Part shown: piece by piece, positions 15,001 to 19,512 of the stretch | Numbering within the stretch: position 1 is the stretch's first letter | Layout of the letters: every line of letters begins with the position of its first letter | Source of the DNA: Flavobacteriales bacterium | Lineage (GTDB): Bacteria; Bacteroidota; Bacteroidia; M30B66 | Direction of reading: 5' to 3' | Assembly (NCBI GenBank): GCA_046294625.1 | Contig: JBKBKN010000002.1 | Coordinates: 24,250 to 88,249, forward strand | DNA length: 64,000 nt | The notes under the pieces: generated by a model | The model's database searches: none | What the model saw: only the letters and a program-made list of their open reading frames with translations | Told to the model about the DNA's origin: nothing | Program-made: the position numbers and the translations under genes

Positions 15001-17888
15001 ATTCCATTAGCCGGAGTGGCATTGTTAGCCGTATTCTCGCGGATTTCGCAGAATTCAATAAGGTTTTCACTATTGCCCCCTAGTAAGGTGGTGGAAGTGC
15101 TGAATAAGATGGTTCCGCTGGTGGTAAGTGTATTCTGACTTTCAATGTTCAGGTAGCGCAACACATTCGCAGTGGCGCCGTTGATAAAGCGAAAAGTGGG
15201 GTCGAAAGTTGCCGTAGACCGGGCATTTCTAAAGCCCCACTGAATAGGGCCGCTGCCGCCAGCACGGCCATCGAATGTCAATCGGTCTATGCCGTTTAAG
15301 TTAATCAACGCGCTTGTTGTAGAAGGTATTCCGGCTGTTAACAGGTTTACGCTACCGGCCGCAGGACGAATCGTCACCGTATGCGCAGGGCCATTGGTGG
15401 TGAATTCGGTAAAATTAACCGGATAGGCCGGTTCGCCGCTGTAAGTGGTAGGTAATTCGAAAATTACGTTTCCGGTTACCAATTGGATGCGGAGTAAATC
15501 GGCAATTACTGTAAGGTTTAAGGCCGGAACTACACCGCTCAAAGTGCTTGATGTGCCGATGGTGTAAAAGGCATTCTGATTGGTGTTGTCAATGGTATTG
15601 CTAAGCACCGAAGTGATGCTAGCTCCGATGTTCGTTCCCCCTTGGTTGGCGTAAGCGCCGGTGATGGTATTGGAATAGCCCACACGCGAATCGCTCAGCA
15701 ATCCGGCAATTTCCAACTCCACGGTGTAATTCACAGGGTTGGTGCCGGCCATGCGCTCCACGCGCCAATGATAGGGTTGAATCGAAGATAATCCACCGCC
15801 AGCTGAGCCTCCCGGAGCGGCATTAACATGTTGCACGCGCAATTGCACGCCCGAAGCCGCTGCAGACGTAATCATGCTATAGCCGCCAAATTGTGCTCCA
15901 TCCCCAACCGGAAAACGGTAGGTGCCCACCGCATTGATAGCTCTGGTCAGGGGGCCATTCACATAGCTCGTAGCATCACCACCAATAATAGCGGTTGCAG
16001 GTGTAGCGTTTAAAACACTCAATACATTAGTGGTGGTGGTGGTAAGAATACCGGACGTTAAGGTTAAAATTCCATTGGCAGGCAAATCGCGTGCAGCATG
16101 CAGCGTGACTCCATTGGGATTGTTGATGGTTAACCTTCTTGGACCATTTGTGGCAGGAAATTCATTGTTAGCAGAAGTTTGAGCTGCAATACCTTCATAA
16201 GTCAAAGTACTTGCTGTAGCATTTGTAAAAGATAAGGTATTTGCCACCCTTCCGCTTCTGATGCGCACATTCACGCCATTGCCACTTAAGGTGGGATTAG
16301 TGAAGGTCAATTCATCCGTATCATTCACCAAATCAAGCAAAATAAAACCTGTTGTAGCCGCCGGTTGGCCATTACCGGTTACTTGGCCGTTGGTGCCGGT
16401 GTAAATAAGATTAATACCTGCATTGTATGTTCTCGTGCCTGTACTTTGAATATTGCCCGTTGCACCGGTGGTGGTGATTCCATCCTGAGAGCCCAAACTC
16501 AATGTTGAGCCCGCTACTGTGGTAAAGTTGCCGGTATTATTTAATACACCGCTGGGACCAAAAATGGCATGAGCAGTGGCATTCATGGCTACGGGTGCGG
16601 TAAACGTTAAAGTGTTGTTTCCAAAATTAACCGTTGAGCCTGTGATGTTGACGTTAGAAAAAGTTCCTAAAATATCAGCCTTGGCCGCATTGTAGGTGGT
16701 ATTGCCATTGAGAAAGATGAAATTTCTATTGCCGGTGGCTGTGGTACTGTTGATTTGCCCAGTAAAATTGCCCGTTTGGGTAAAATTGCCCGAAAGATTG
16801 ATTACTTCCGTTTGAGTGGTTAATCCACCACGGTACTGAATAATGTTAGTATGCACATTGTTCTGTGCCAGAATGATTTCCAAGTTACCATTTATGGAAA
16901 GGGTATTCGTGAATGCGGTTGTGTTTTGTGTGTAGGCCGGACTGTTTAAAATAAGCTGAGCATTGGCATTTGATGTATTGTTAACGGTCACGTTATTGAC
17001 GGTAAGGATTTGAGTTGCAGCGAGCGTACCTTTAGTCGCAAAACGCCCGCCGGTAATGATTAGATCACCCGTATTGCCTGTGGTCCAATTACGTGTACCA
17101 AAATTATTACCTACAATTTGATTATTTGTATTTCTAAATTCAAAAGAATTTACTGAAATCGGAAAGGTCGCTAAATTGATTTGCGTGCTTTGTGCAGGGC
17201 AATCCCAAACTACTTTACCAAAGTTTTGATTCAAACCCGCAGGAATTCCTGTAGTAACTCCGGTAATATTAAGGTTTGACTCTACACTCCAGTTGGCTGT
17301 AGGTACCGTTAAGGCTGTGGCGCTGTTATAAGTGTAAGTAGCATTGTCTTCAAAGACTAAAGTAGCCACAGAGCCATTTATGGCACCACCAAAATGATTT
17401 ATCACCCCGGATGCAGACACCGTAACTATTGTTGAACCTACCGCAGTGGTCGTAAATGCACCTGCCCTTACAGTCAAAGTCCCTGAAATAAGTCCCCGCT
17501 GATTGGCAGTGGTAGCTATAGTGATGGTCAGTGCATTTGTGGCTGATGTTTGTAATGTTGATCCAGCTTCAACCAAGAAATTGTCATCGAAACCTGGACC
17601 ATTAATGGTTAAAGTGGTGGTCCCAGAAGAGGTCAAGGTAACGTTGGTATTGTTAGTCACCAAAAGTTGCCGTATCGTTTGCGTTGGAACTGCAGTGACT
17701 ACATGTGTGCCTCCATCATTGAATCGGAGAATATCCGTCGCAGCAGGAGTAGTTCGGTTAGGCGACCAATTAGCTGCTACTGCCCAAGAGCCGTTGCCTC
17801 CGTTCCAAGTGTAGGTGGTTTGGGCATGGATAGACAGTGAAAAAAAAACAAAAATTGAAAATACTACAAAGCGTATTGTTAGGTGCAT
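1..17888 (-). CDS. Giant secreted cell-surface protein, N-terminal ~5,962 aa (3' end beyond the window): signal peptide, 5 parallel beta-helix (PbH1-like) super-modules each ending in D[IF]GA[DH]E (choice-of-anchor-Q-like), Ig-like linkers, and 3 C-proximal Ig-like repeats. Probable adhesin / T9SS-type cargo; the C-terminal domain is not in the window.
   Basis: The minus-strand frame is open from the ATG (complement of 'cat' at 17886-17888) to position 3, with a partial codon at 1-2. The ORF track lists no minus-strand ORF fragment in this frame, consistent with there being no in-window stop. The translation starts MHLTIRFVVFSIFVFFSLSIHAQTTYTWNGGNGSWAVAANWSPNRTTPAATDILRF... and keeps a sensible repetitive domain composition throughout. 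Recurrent motifs: GNYTLTIRP (5 times), DGRDPxNxAAxGRHL, NNTI(S/R)N.., DIGADE / DIGAHS / DFGADE, TPPxIxYTPI..QTVLTPP, YQWQESTDGGxxW. Confidence 0.9.
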   Translation of the reverse strand, partial: MHLTIRFVVFSIFVFFSLSIHAQTTYTWNGGNGSWAVAANWSPNRTTPAATDILRFNDGGTHVVTAVPTQTIRQLLVTNNTNVTLTSSGTTTLTINGPGFDDNFLVEAGSTLQTSATNALTITIATTANQRGLISGTLTVRAGAFTTTAVGSTIVTVSASGVINHFGGAINGSVATLVFEDNATYTYNSATALTVPTANWSVESNLNITGVTTGIPAGLNQNFGKVVWDCPAQSTQINLATFPISVNSFEFRNTNNQIVGNNFGTRNWTTGNTGDLIITGGRFATKGTLAATQILTVNNVTVNNTSNANAQLILNSPAYTQNTTAFTNTLSINGNLEIILAQNNVHTNIIQYRGGLTTQTEVINLSGNFTQTGNFTGQINSTTATGNRNFIFLNGNTTYNAAKADILGTFSNVNITGSTVNFGNNTLTFTAPVAMNATAHAIFGPSGVLNNTGNFTTVAGSTLSLGSQDGITTTGATGNIQSTGTRTYNAGINLIYTGTNGQVTGNGQPAATTGFILLDLVNDTDELTFTNPTLSGNGVNVRIRSGRVANTLSFTNATASTLTYEGIAAQTSANNEFPATNGPRRLTINNPNGVTLHAARDLPANGILTLTSGILTTTTTNVLSVLNATPATAIIGGDATSYVNGPLTRAINAVGTYRFPVGDGAQFGGYSMITSAAASGVQLRVQHVNAAPGGSAGGGLSSIQPYHWRVERMAGTNPVNYTVELEIAGLLSDSRVGYSNTITGAYANQGGTNIGASITSVLSNTIDNTNQNAFYTIGTSSTLSGVVPALNLTVIADLLRIQLVTGNVIFELPTTYSGEPAYPVNFTEFTTNGPAHTVTIRPAAGSVNLLTAGIPSTTSALINLNGIDRLTFDGRAGGSGPIQWGFRNARSTATFDPTFRFINGATANVLRYLNIESQNTLTTSGTILFSTSTTLLGGNSENLIEFCEIRENTANNATPANGIHSSGTAGALNENNIIRWNNIRNYYVNAASTHSGVSIGANSTGWTIERNSFYQTVSRANGTTFTHTAVSISNTGDNFTVRHNYIGGSEPLAAGAALTYTGVGAGTFFGVDLNPATTATGCVVDSNVVANISFSRGTSSTAVSFVGIRNANGAGLIADNLIGSTSANGNITNTENFATTPSTSNGIINLAGNSTIERNTISGITLAGSVAGVGHSFNGILISGGICTVNENTIGSSTLANSIHCITASTNGSGQFLNGINYLSTAASTAHTISNNTIANLTNNAVSAVAASNIRGIATNASAAGGFTITGNTIFSLSVASASTGIDANSVNIGIQFQRTLPGQNISQNIIHTLSTTNTTVANSIIGIHYTGPTSGANAISRNTIHSFNTASNNAAAAQLGINALSGMATYHNNMIRLGLSSDGNAITNPISIMGIRHSSTTANNQYYYNTVLLAGEVASGTTNTFAFNRLAGTSALDVRNNIFINDRAQTSGTGEHFAMGLSTSAGVISNFNLYKADGQNGRVGIIATTQYPGLGDWQNVFGNDANSIYGPVPFVNALGDASQVNLRIDSAVPAQIESAGTVIASVSIDIDGDARGPYPIVGDIEGTAPDVGADEGNFIPADLTPPNINYTPIPTQTVLTPPSLTATITDISGVNGSSGTRPRLYYKYLGNANTFVNNTSATNGWKWVEATGASSPFTFNIDYSLLFGGVPSGGETIEYFVVAQDIAPVPNVGINSGTFNAAPSSVAFTAAAFPLTGTINSYFINVLSGVVTVGTSGMYPSLTNNGGLFEAINTGALSGDLIAEIISDLTAESGTHALNQWLEIGSGNYTLTIRPNNNTNRLVSGTYTGTTALNSSLIRFDGADRVIIDGRDPANQAAGGRHLTFRNINTGAWAGTFNYVNDAQNHTMRYIIAEGATASATNGVIRFSTALATGSGNDFITIDNCYIRDRSDAAGTPANGIYALGTTGRENDNITVSNCEIFNFWQPGVSNNGIFVAGFNSAWTIENNSFYQTFSRTGTGAVARYGIQVTNTTGDNFILRNNHIGGSEALSAGSPWTILGNVNQSFIGIQLNPANAAINCIVENNTIRNLNFAHGAAANAILFAGIKSDAGNNNIENNIIGGAAGSISIASNWNTTTASQAFGIQITAGIDTILNNTISGISFTGAGGAVGFTGIFLGSSGNAIADGNTINNISNVYSGNLGLTYMRGIATSTTGINVITNNTISNLSATTTITSTNANAALVGIADISSTTTSPQIIRGNTVFNLRSTTTGTAAVNISGIVFSAGTTPIHDISNNFVHSLSSATTGTTAVIRGIHFIAGQATISNNKIRMGIDGDGNSVTQGLLTYGIHHLSTTANISYFFNSVFVGGTGVANANNTFAFGKTAGTAATVLRNNIFVNNRSNGAGTGAHYAIGLTNSIAGVTSTNNILFAGGTGGHVGLQVATQRTTIADWQLSGLDANSFNENPPFLNATGNATLVNLRLDTAIPTQAESGGVDVNIYIDYDGDVRFGGVGYAGTGTAPDIGADENNFGGLDFTPPVITYTPIGTQTVLTPPPFSATITDNIAVETTPGLAPRIYYKRSTDANTFVDNTSATNGWKFIESSSSTSPFDFSINYTLLFGGGVSGGETIQYFVVAQDVAATPNFAVNAATFNTTPNSVVLTAANFPATGSINSYLINVLSGVVTVGSGGTYPSITNAGGLFQSINNAALSGNLVAEIISDLTAESGLHALNEWVELGAGNYTLTIRPSNNTARTISGNYIGANSAVAGLFRFDGADRVVIDGRDPNNMAANGRHLRFVNNNTNASDFNATFLYINDATNHTLRNSIIEGASTSATNGVIRIGTAGAGNGNDNITIRNNHIKESAGLPANGIFALGTATRENDNISILENELFNIWSPNQTSSAIWVSTNNSAWTITGNSIYQNADRTGTGAVIKYGIQVNNTGDNYTISDNHIGGTQANSSGTDMTITGAVNQSYQAIFLNPNAASSNSVVSGNTIRRINLSRGTAANAIAFAGINSVGAANTISNNLIDLISVTENQTTNANVIHGIYITSGNATVSGNTISNMQTLTTAGATSLIGISQVAGNTTISNNTIRNLTLAYTGSTTTYQLIGINLSGGVSSVTGNTLHSLVNNSTSAGSGLTATLIGINQGSNSAGQLISQNTIYGLENSSTTAATQALGILFRNATGTNEVSRNLIHSFNTPSTNSSASLMGVMALTGVATYHNNMIRLGIDVNGNSVANSPFIIGFSHHSATAGHQYYFNSVHIGGSTTSGSGNSIAFSRQANTAALDIKNNIFNNSRSNVSGTGKHYAISANSVTNFTSPANNSNFNILNAGGTGGFTGFIATTDYATLLNWQTATNQDANSLACDPSFINADGNSANVNLRISTTQYSAAEGNGTSLAINIDFDGNDRSTLTPTDIGAHSGNFIAGNGPTLSATANATPSSITVCNGSAVTLAANPSGGSGCSGTWEYSWSNGSLFWNGTAFALATPVFNSAYENINFNAPMANTTYTVNARCSTQPDCIKSLPSAVNVQVQNSPTTLTPTIGNPANGPSHFIELNWSSVAGVTAYEVEFSTNNLTWNSLYTGLNTSFSHNTGDSPNAPFYYRVRSVFGPTSCNWTNGSTFPIHTAADAPAPVVLSNATPFTMDVSLQPETPTANPATTTYSIFSPATNQFVQADGSLGATEVFQTMAAWGTTTIIGLQANTEYCFYARARNNDGDVREGLGGNVLPVEPFTNNANFSTVGPTGPSNVFWSPSTCTTGGLLYSATDGCPDGHVGRSGTFTNFFSCFLRTPLVNCTGNTSMKMFLDVSHSFFVSQPLDRMRFYMWADNQFVNGACTSIKINGVEVSQTDINGRFIPFNELRNCVNLEVTFDISSVVDKSAIFFYAEPRNGYNNSNLFSVKLDNVSMFGGPPPTCLMTAPLILNGDYTVGNGGVFPSITNPGGLFDIVNQATLSGNVTATIISDLTAESGTHALNEWAEIGVGNYTLTLRPSNNSDRLIEGNYVGANAAVAGLIRINGADRFIVDGRDPSNLAAGGRHLTFRNNSTTASNFNSTFTLINDAKNITIRNANIEAGTQGTLNGAVRISTASASGSGNDFITISHNHIRNLTNLAGQPSSGIYAAGTSTRVNDNVTISQNHFYNYHLASTSSHAAVYIDSHNSDYTISDNHIYMTATHTTTSDKYGILVSAATGNAANMVVTNNFIGGNSDNAIGTWQVNASGQDYRFSAISMSTGITAGNVVENNVIRNFNITTGTGFQTQGSTFTGILGSNGEYEIRNNTIGSLTHAGSITIACSAGQFTNVHGIFHSGNAAINVLNNTIGGINLSNTTSSANIVNMYGIRVGSSTISQSITVTGNTIGSADAPLTNATGNTFNATNGATIAGIHVSNARPTTVSNNLVNNIHYTANGTSSSATNAFSVIGIERVSAAAANNVIQNNVVHSLSTSSPYAQTGAVAALIGISHRSTSAGQTLKGNTVYGLTHTNASAAATVTGIYYNGPTSGTNLVDGNFVHSLNATSSSTALQLNGIVLGGGLTTVTNNMVRLGIDAAGNSITAARVIQGILKETANNHNIWHNSVYIGGANVVSGAANTFAFRRTATGIDNVRNNIFLNARSNATTGGLHYSLTLNATTTYTGGFNILFSPGTGGSIGSVNGGTTPLNFLGLLTQGIEITSGVGNPNFVNPTGNASQVDLHLQASNPAEGSGVLIASVVEDFDGEIRADFTPADIGADAANFNAIVPSTDIFPPQITFTPISGAAICSTPVTTLLDATIFDGGAGVPTTGANRPRAYFRRSAPTISAWASVPGTLVSGNQFNGNWQFELDYSLLSITPVGGETYQYYIVAQDLATNPVNPNLGLSHFDANVSFTNNNVNNPVTHPAAPSSFSFSNPLSGTVTVGSGGDFPSFNLNPGGLFHAINTRGLSGDLEVLVISNINETANWTPLNAPQEFCGSGYTITIRPNAPTLYTVEANSFAANAMFSFLGARRVIIDGRFDGDGRFLRLRHNRVTSIYASTVEYNNGANNNVLRSCIIEGANINNSNNTTGSVGVVRIGGSMGFASGNLNNITIQDNEIRNLSNVTPTLTNVPMNLIYLGGANNSANINNITITGNDMFNFQASAIRADNGGTAANSIGNNISITNNNIYQTLTIPTYQYPIVLDANGTTNGHVISGNKIGGSAKPNPEITGTWENNKVDGEVVAIFANVGNSPTQAEALSIQGNKIQNFNISGTGWTNFVGMRVQNGRVRIGDEVGNVIGSEDNSQENIISNGSGGSFITQDAAVMGIWTQSAEEVVIENNIVSGLSTGLGTFCFLDGIVHGSNLYFNDVLFNAPGGGATIRNNVIANNRSSSNLQNSAVSNEGMISLFLHTNSMNNLVEGNLIQNNELNAVANANVRNHGAMLGILGQAQNHGGIFRKNTIAALANANVGQASPNNAPEVNGLVLNYGNWEVSNNMISLRNGTTGTHIDFRNTLVNGIRDHLRNLTGQGANYLYNSVYIYGTNGGAGGANPSYCYVRIPNNTGTVAGAPVTLRNNIFINGRTGIGSHRAIGNINASVPATGWNSSASNYNFVATLNSAVATRWGTTDLTFANWRTTSGGDANSDYVPVAATTIANTQLNPEDLFETDFLFGNLRISSANPAASDFIDNKGTPLASVIDDIDGDPRDPFAPDFGADEFNSCLQPIVTVQPVDQLDICPNAPATFTATVIGLNPINFQWQESTDGGATWSNLSNAGIYSGVNTNTLNISAVSSGMNNNQYRLQANNACGNGQTNAVLLTLVPGIQITGYSPITFINSICSGNTNFSVTATGVGLTYQWQESTDGGTSWSDVLNVAPYSGATTNLLSFSNIPPPNLNGNKYRLIITDACGEELISNEGTLIIGVAFIDAQPVDEQTVCTGSLVNIDVNVSGLGLTYQWQFSTDNGSTWNNATAPTYSGSNTDNLSFTASSALNGYLYRVIVNSSVCPASTTSDASLLNVEFPGQWLGAGTDWDTPANWGCGTVPTPTTDVLI
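100..985 (-). repeat. Three tandem ~290-nt (~97-aa) Ig-like domain repeats at the C-proximal end of the in-window part of the giant protein.
   Basis: Translations: ...INFQWQESTDGGATWSNLSNAGIYSGVNTNTLNISAVSSGMNNNQYRLQANNACGNG..., ...TYQWQESTDGGTSWSDVLNVAPYSGATTNLLSFSN...GNKYRLIITDACGEE..., ...TYQWQFSTDNGSTWNNATAPTYSGSNTDNLSFTASSALNGYLYRVIVNSSVCPAS... The period is ~290 nt (plus-strand landmarks at ~870, ~585, ~285). Confidence 0.65.
1015..13180 (-). repeat. Four tandem in-frame super-repeats (~2.7-3.9 kb each) inside the giant gene, diverged. Approximate module spans: 1015-3830, 3830-7750, 7750-10440, 10440-13180. A fifth, more divergent module lies at ~13180-16000.
   Basis: The same conserved stretches recur at ~3140-3350, ~6030-6130, ~9770-9860 and ~12500-12600 (e.g. 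ggtaagggtgtaattgcccgagccaatctct... vs ggtgagggtataattgcccgcacccaattct...). By eye, 9541-10400 and 12241-13100 are ~75-80% identical. The protein-level TLTIRP and D-I-G-A-D-E landmarks recur with the same spacing. Confidence 0.75.
17840..17848 (-). repeat. Homopolymeric tract: A9 on the plus strand, which is T9 on the coding strand, within signal-peptide codons ~16-20 of the giant gene.
   Basis: Plus strand ...agtga aaaaaaaa ca aaaattg... Coding strand TTT GTT TTT TTT TCA (F V F F S). Confidence 0.8.
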
Positions 17889-17913
17889 ACTTAAGTTTTT
17901 AACAAAAAGGTCA

Positions 17914-17921
17914 CAAAATTA
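17914..17921 (-). promoter_or_regulatory. Candidate Bacteroidota sigma-A -7 element (TAATTTTG, matches TAnnTTTG) for the giant gene, ~25 nt upstream of the ATG.
   Basis: The minus-strand sequence upstream of the ATG reads ...taatatttacTTAATTTTGtgacctttttgttaaaaacttaagtATG. It lies in an AT-rich 175-bp intergenic region. No experimental support. Confidence 0.3.
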
Positions 17922-18062
17922 AGTAAATATTACGCAGATATTAAAGTAAGTTATCACCAAGGCCATTGCTCTGCAAAACAATAGACATCAAACCACTAAT
18001 TATCAACCCTTTGAACAAAACCTTGATAGGTCAATGGGTATCAGATACGTTGAATTTGACTC

Positions 18063-19316
18063 TTATTTCGCAGGTGTGAAGAATCGAATTTGTTCCTGTT
18101 TTTTAACAAACATGGTAGGCGTACCACGAAAGTCGTCCACCTTACCGGTCACGCAAATGCACTGCTTGAAATACTCCTTGGTAGGATCGAAGGAGAAGTT
18201 TACCAAATCAGCCCCATTGATAAACACTGAAAACAACTGATCAGGATAAGGTTTTTCAAAATTGAGAAACACATTACCTTTCTTCGACAAAAATTTACCG
18301 GCCACGGTGCCACATACCGTAATCACATCTTCCTTACCGGCATAGATTTTTGCCTGCACGGAGTTAAAGGTTTTCTTTGGGAGCTTGGTTGGATCGAGTG
18401 GCGGAAATTCACTTTTCGCAAAATCACTGTTCAGGAAATAGCTCAGATTGCTTTGTCCCAAATAGGTCTCGCGCTCAGGAAGATTAGGAAAAAAGGCGAT
18501 CCCGGTTAACTTTTCAATTTCGCCAATGCTCGTTACATAGGTTTCGGCAGCACTTAATTCTTTATAATTAGGAACCAGAAAAGCTATTCCTTTTTTCTCC
18601 ACCGGATCAACGGCCACTTTATAGTATTTCCTGGGTATGGTTACCTTATTTATACTGCGCTCAAGCACCGGCAAATCATCTTCGAGCACCCCGCCAGTAA
18701 CTACATACAACTGATTTTTTGAAGTGAAAACATATTTTCGGAGCAAAGACTCCACATCTGACCAGGTGCCCCTATTGAAGTTGGGCAACTGCGGAGACAT
18801 GTTGGAATAGTAATAACTCTCGGCCAATGCCTTTGGATTCCAGCGAAAATCGGCACTTGGTGCAAGATGTCCACGATCATAGCCAAATCCGTCGTATTTG
18901 ACCTCGCCTTCATCATTCACCTGTTTCAGAAAATAGTCCTGCTCCACGGTGCTTCCGGTCGAAACTTTCGGATCGGGCATGAAAATGTTGGTACGACCTT
19001 CATTGCCGGTAATGATATCAGGCAAGATGATGTGGTAAACCCAAGAAGCTTGTTCATGCTGTTCAACATACTCTAATGCCATCGCACTATGCTCGACCAA
19101 TTCACCTTTGAAAGGACTCAGCGGATAGCCTAATTTTTTCATGTCAATCCGGAGCAAATCGAGTTTGAGTTCGGCTAACTCGTCTTTTTTCTTATCGAGC
19201 GACTGCGAAATCTGCTCAATTTCGGCTTCTTTGCTTGCAATTTGCTCTCTGACCTGTGCGGACAAAAAGAGAGGAAACAGAAACAAAAAAAGCCACTTGC
19301 TTTTCCTAAAAATCAT
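18063..19316 (-). CDS. Secreted DNA/RNA non-specific endonuclease (NUC / Serratia-nuclease family) with N-terminal signal peptide, coiled-coil segment and C-terminal OB-fold-like domain.
   Basis: Active-site motif GFGYDRGHLAPSADF...NMSPQLPNFNRGTW is the DRGH nuclease signature. The ORF track start at 19322 is a TTG, so I used the first ATG at 19316 (MIFRKSKWLFLFLFPLFLSAQ, signal peptide). The C-terminal ~120 aa look like an OB-fold (KIYAGKEDVITVCGTVAGKF...VTGKVDDFRGTPTMFV). Confidence 0.85.
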   Translation of the reverse strand: MIFRKSKWLFLFLFPLFLSAQVREQIASKEAEIEQISQSLDKKKDELAELKLDLLRIDMKKLGYPLSPFKGELVEHSAMALEYVEQHEQASWVYHIILPDIITGNEGRTNIFMPDPKVSTGSTVEQDYFLKQVNDEGEVKYDGFGYDRGHLAPSADFRWNPKALAESYYYSNMSPQLPNFNRGTWSDVESLLRKYVFTSKNQLYVVTGGVLEDDLPVLERSINKVTIPRKYYKVAVDPVEKKGIAFLVPNYKELSAAETYVTSIGEIEKLTGIAFFPNLPERETYLGQSNLSYFLNSDFAKSEFPPLDPTKLPKKTFNSVQAKIYAGKEDVITVCGTVAGKFLSKKGNVFLNFEKPYPDQLFSVFINGADLVNFSFDPTKEYFKQCICVTGKVDDFRGTPTMFVKKQEQIRFFTPAK

Positions 19317-19453
19317 ATTCAAATCCTATCCCTAAATATTTATTCCAAGCCATAGTAATCATAGTGTATCCATGATTTTTCAATTGGCACTTCATTGCAA
19401 AATGAGCAATCCATTCAACCGAAATACCACTCATAGGAAGCGAATATTCAGAT

Positions 19454-19487
19454 AAAAAAAACGCCCGACAAAAGACGGGCGTTTTTC
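19454..19487. terminator. Bidirectional Rho-independent terminator. It serves as the 3' end of the convergent-side transcript of the alpha-oxoamine synthase gene on the minus strand.
   Basis: aaaaaaaaCGCCCGacaaaagaCGGGCGtttttc: a 6-bp GC-rich stem flanked by an A-run and a T-run. Confidence 0.6.
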
Positions 19488-19512
19488 TTAGGTTTTACTT
19501 AAAGAGAGCTAG

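Noticed and set aside
954-16013. About 60 plus-strand ORFs of 60-215 aa listed by the track across 1-17.8 kb (e.g. 5085-5672, 7740-8378, 8868-9515).
   Set aside because: They are antisense or off-frame shadows of the giant minus-strand gene, with low-complexity translations (G/R/N/I-rich). Several start at TTG, and none has a domain signature. The minus-strand frame is continuously open, which explains all of them.
17889-18062. tRNA or other structured RNA in the longer intergenic regions (17889-18062, 19323-19512, 22012-22204, 42774-42960, 46265-46527, 60666-60904).
   Set aside because: No cloverleaf-compatible acceptor/T-arm pattern (GTTC..A / CCA context) was seen by eye. Only terminator hairpins and AT-rich promoter DNA were found. 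A tRNAscan or Infernal run would be needed to be certain.
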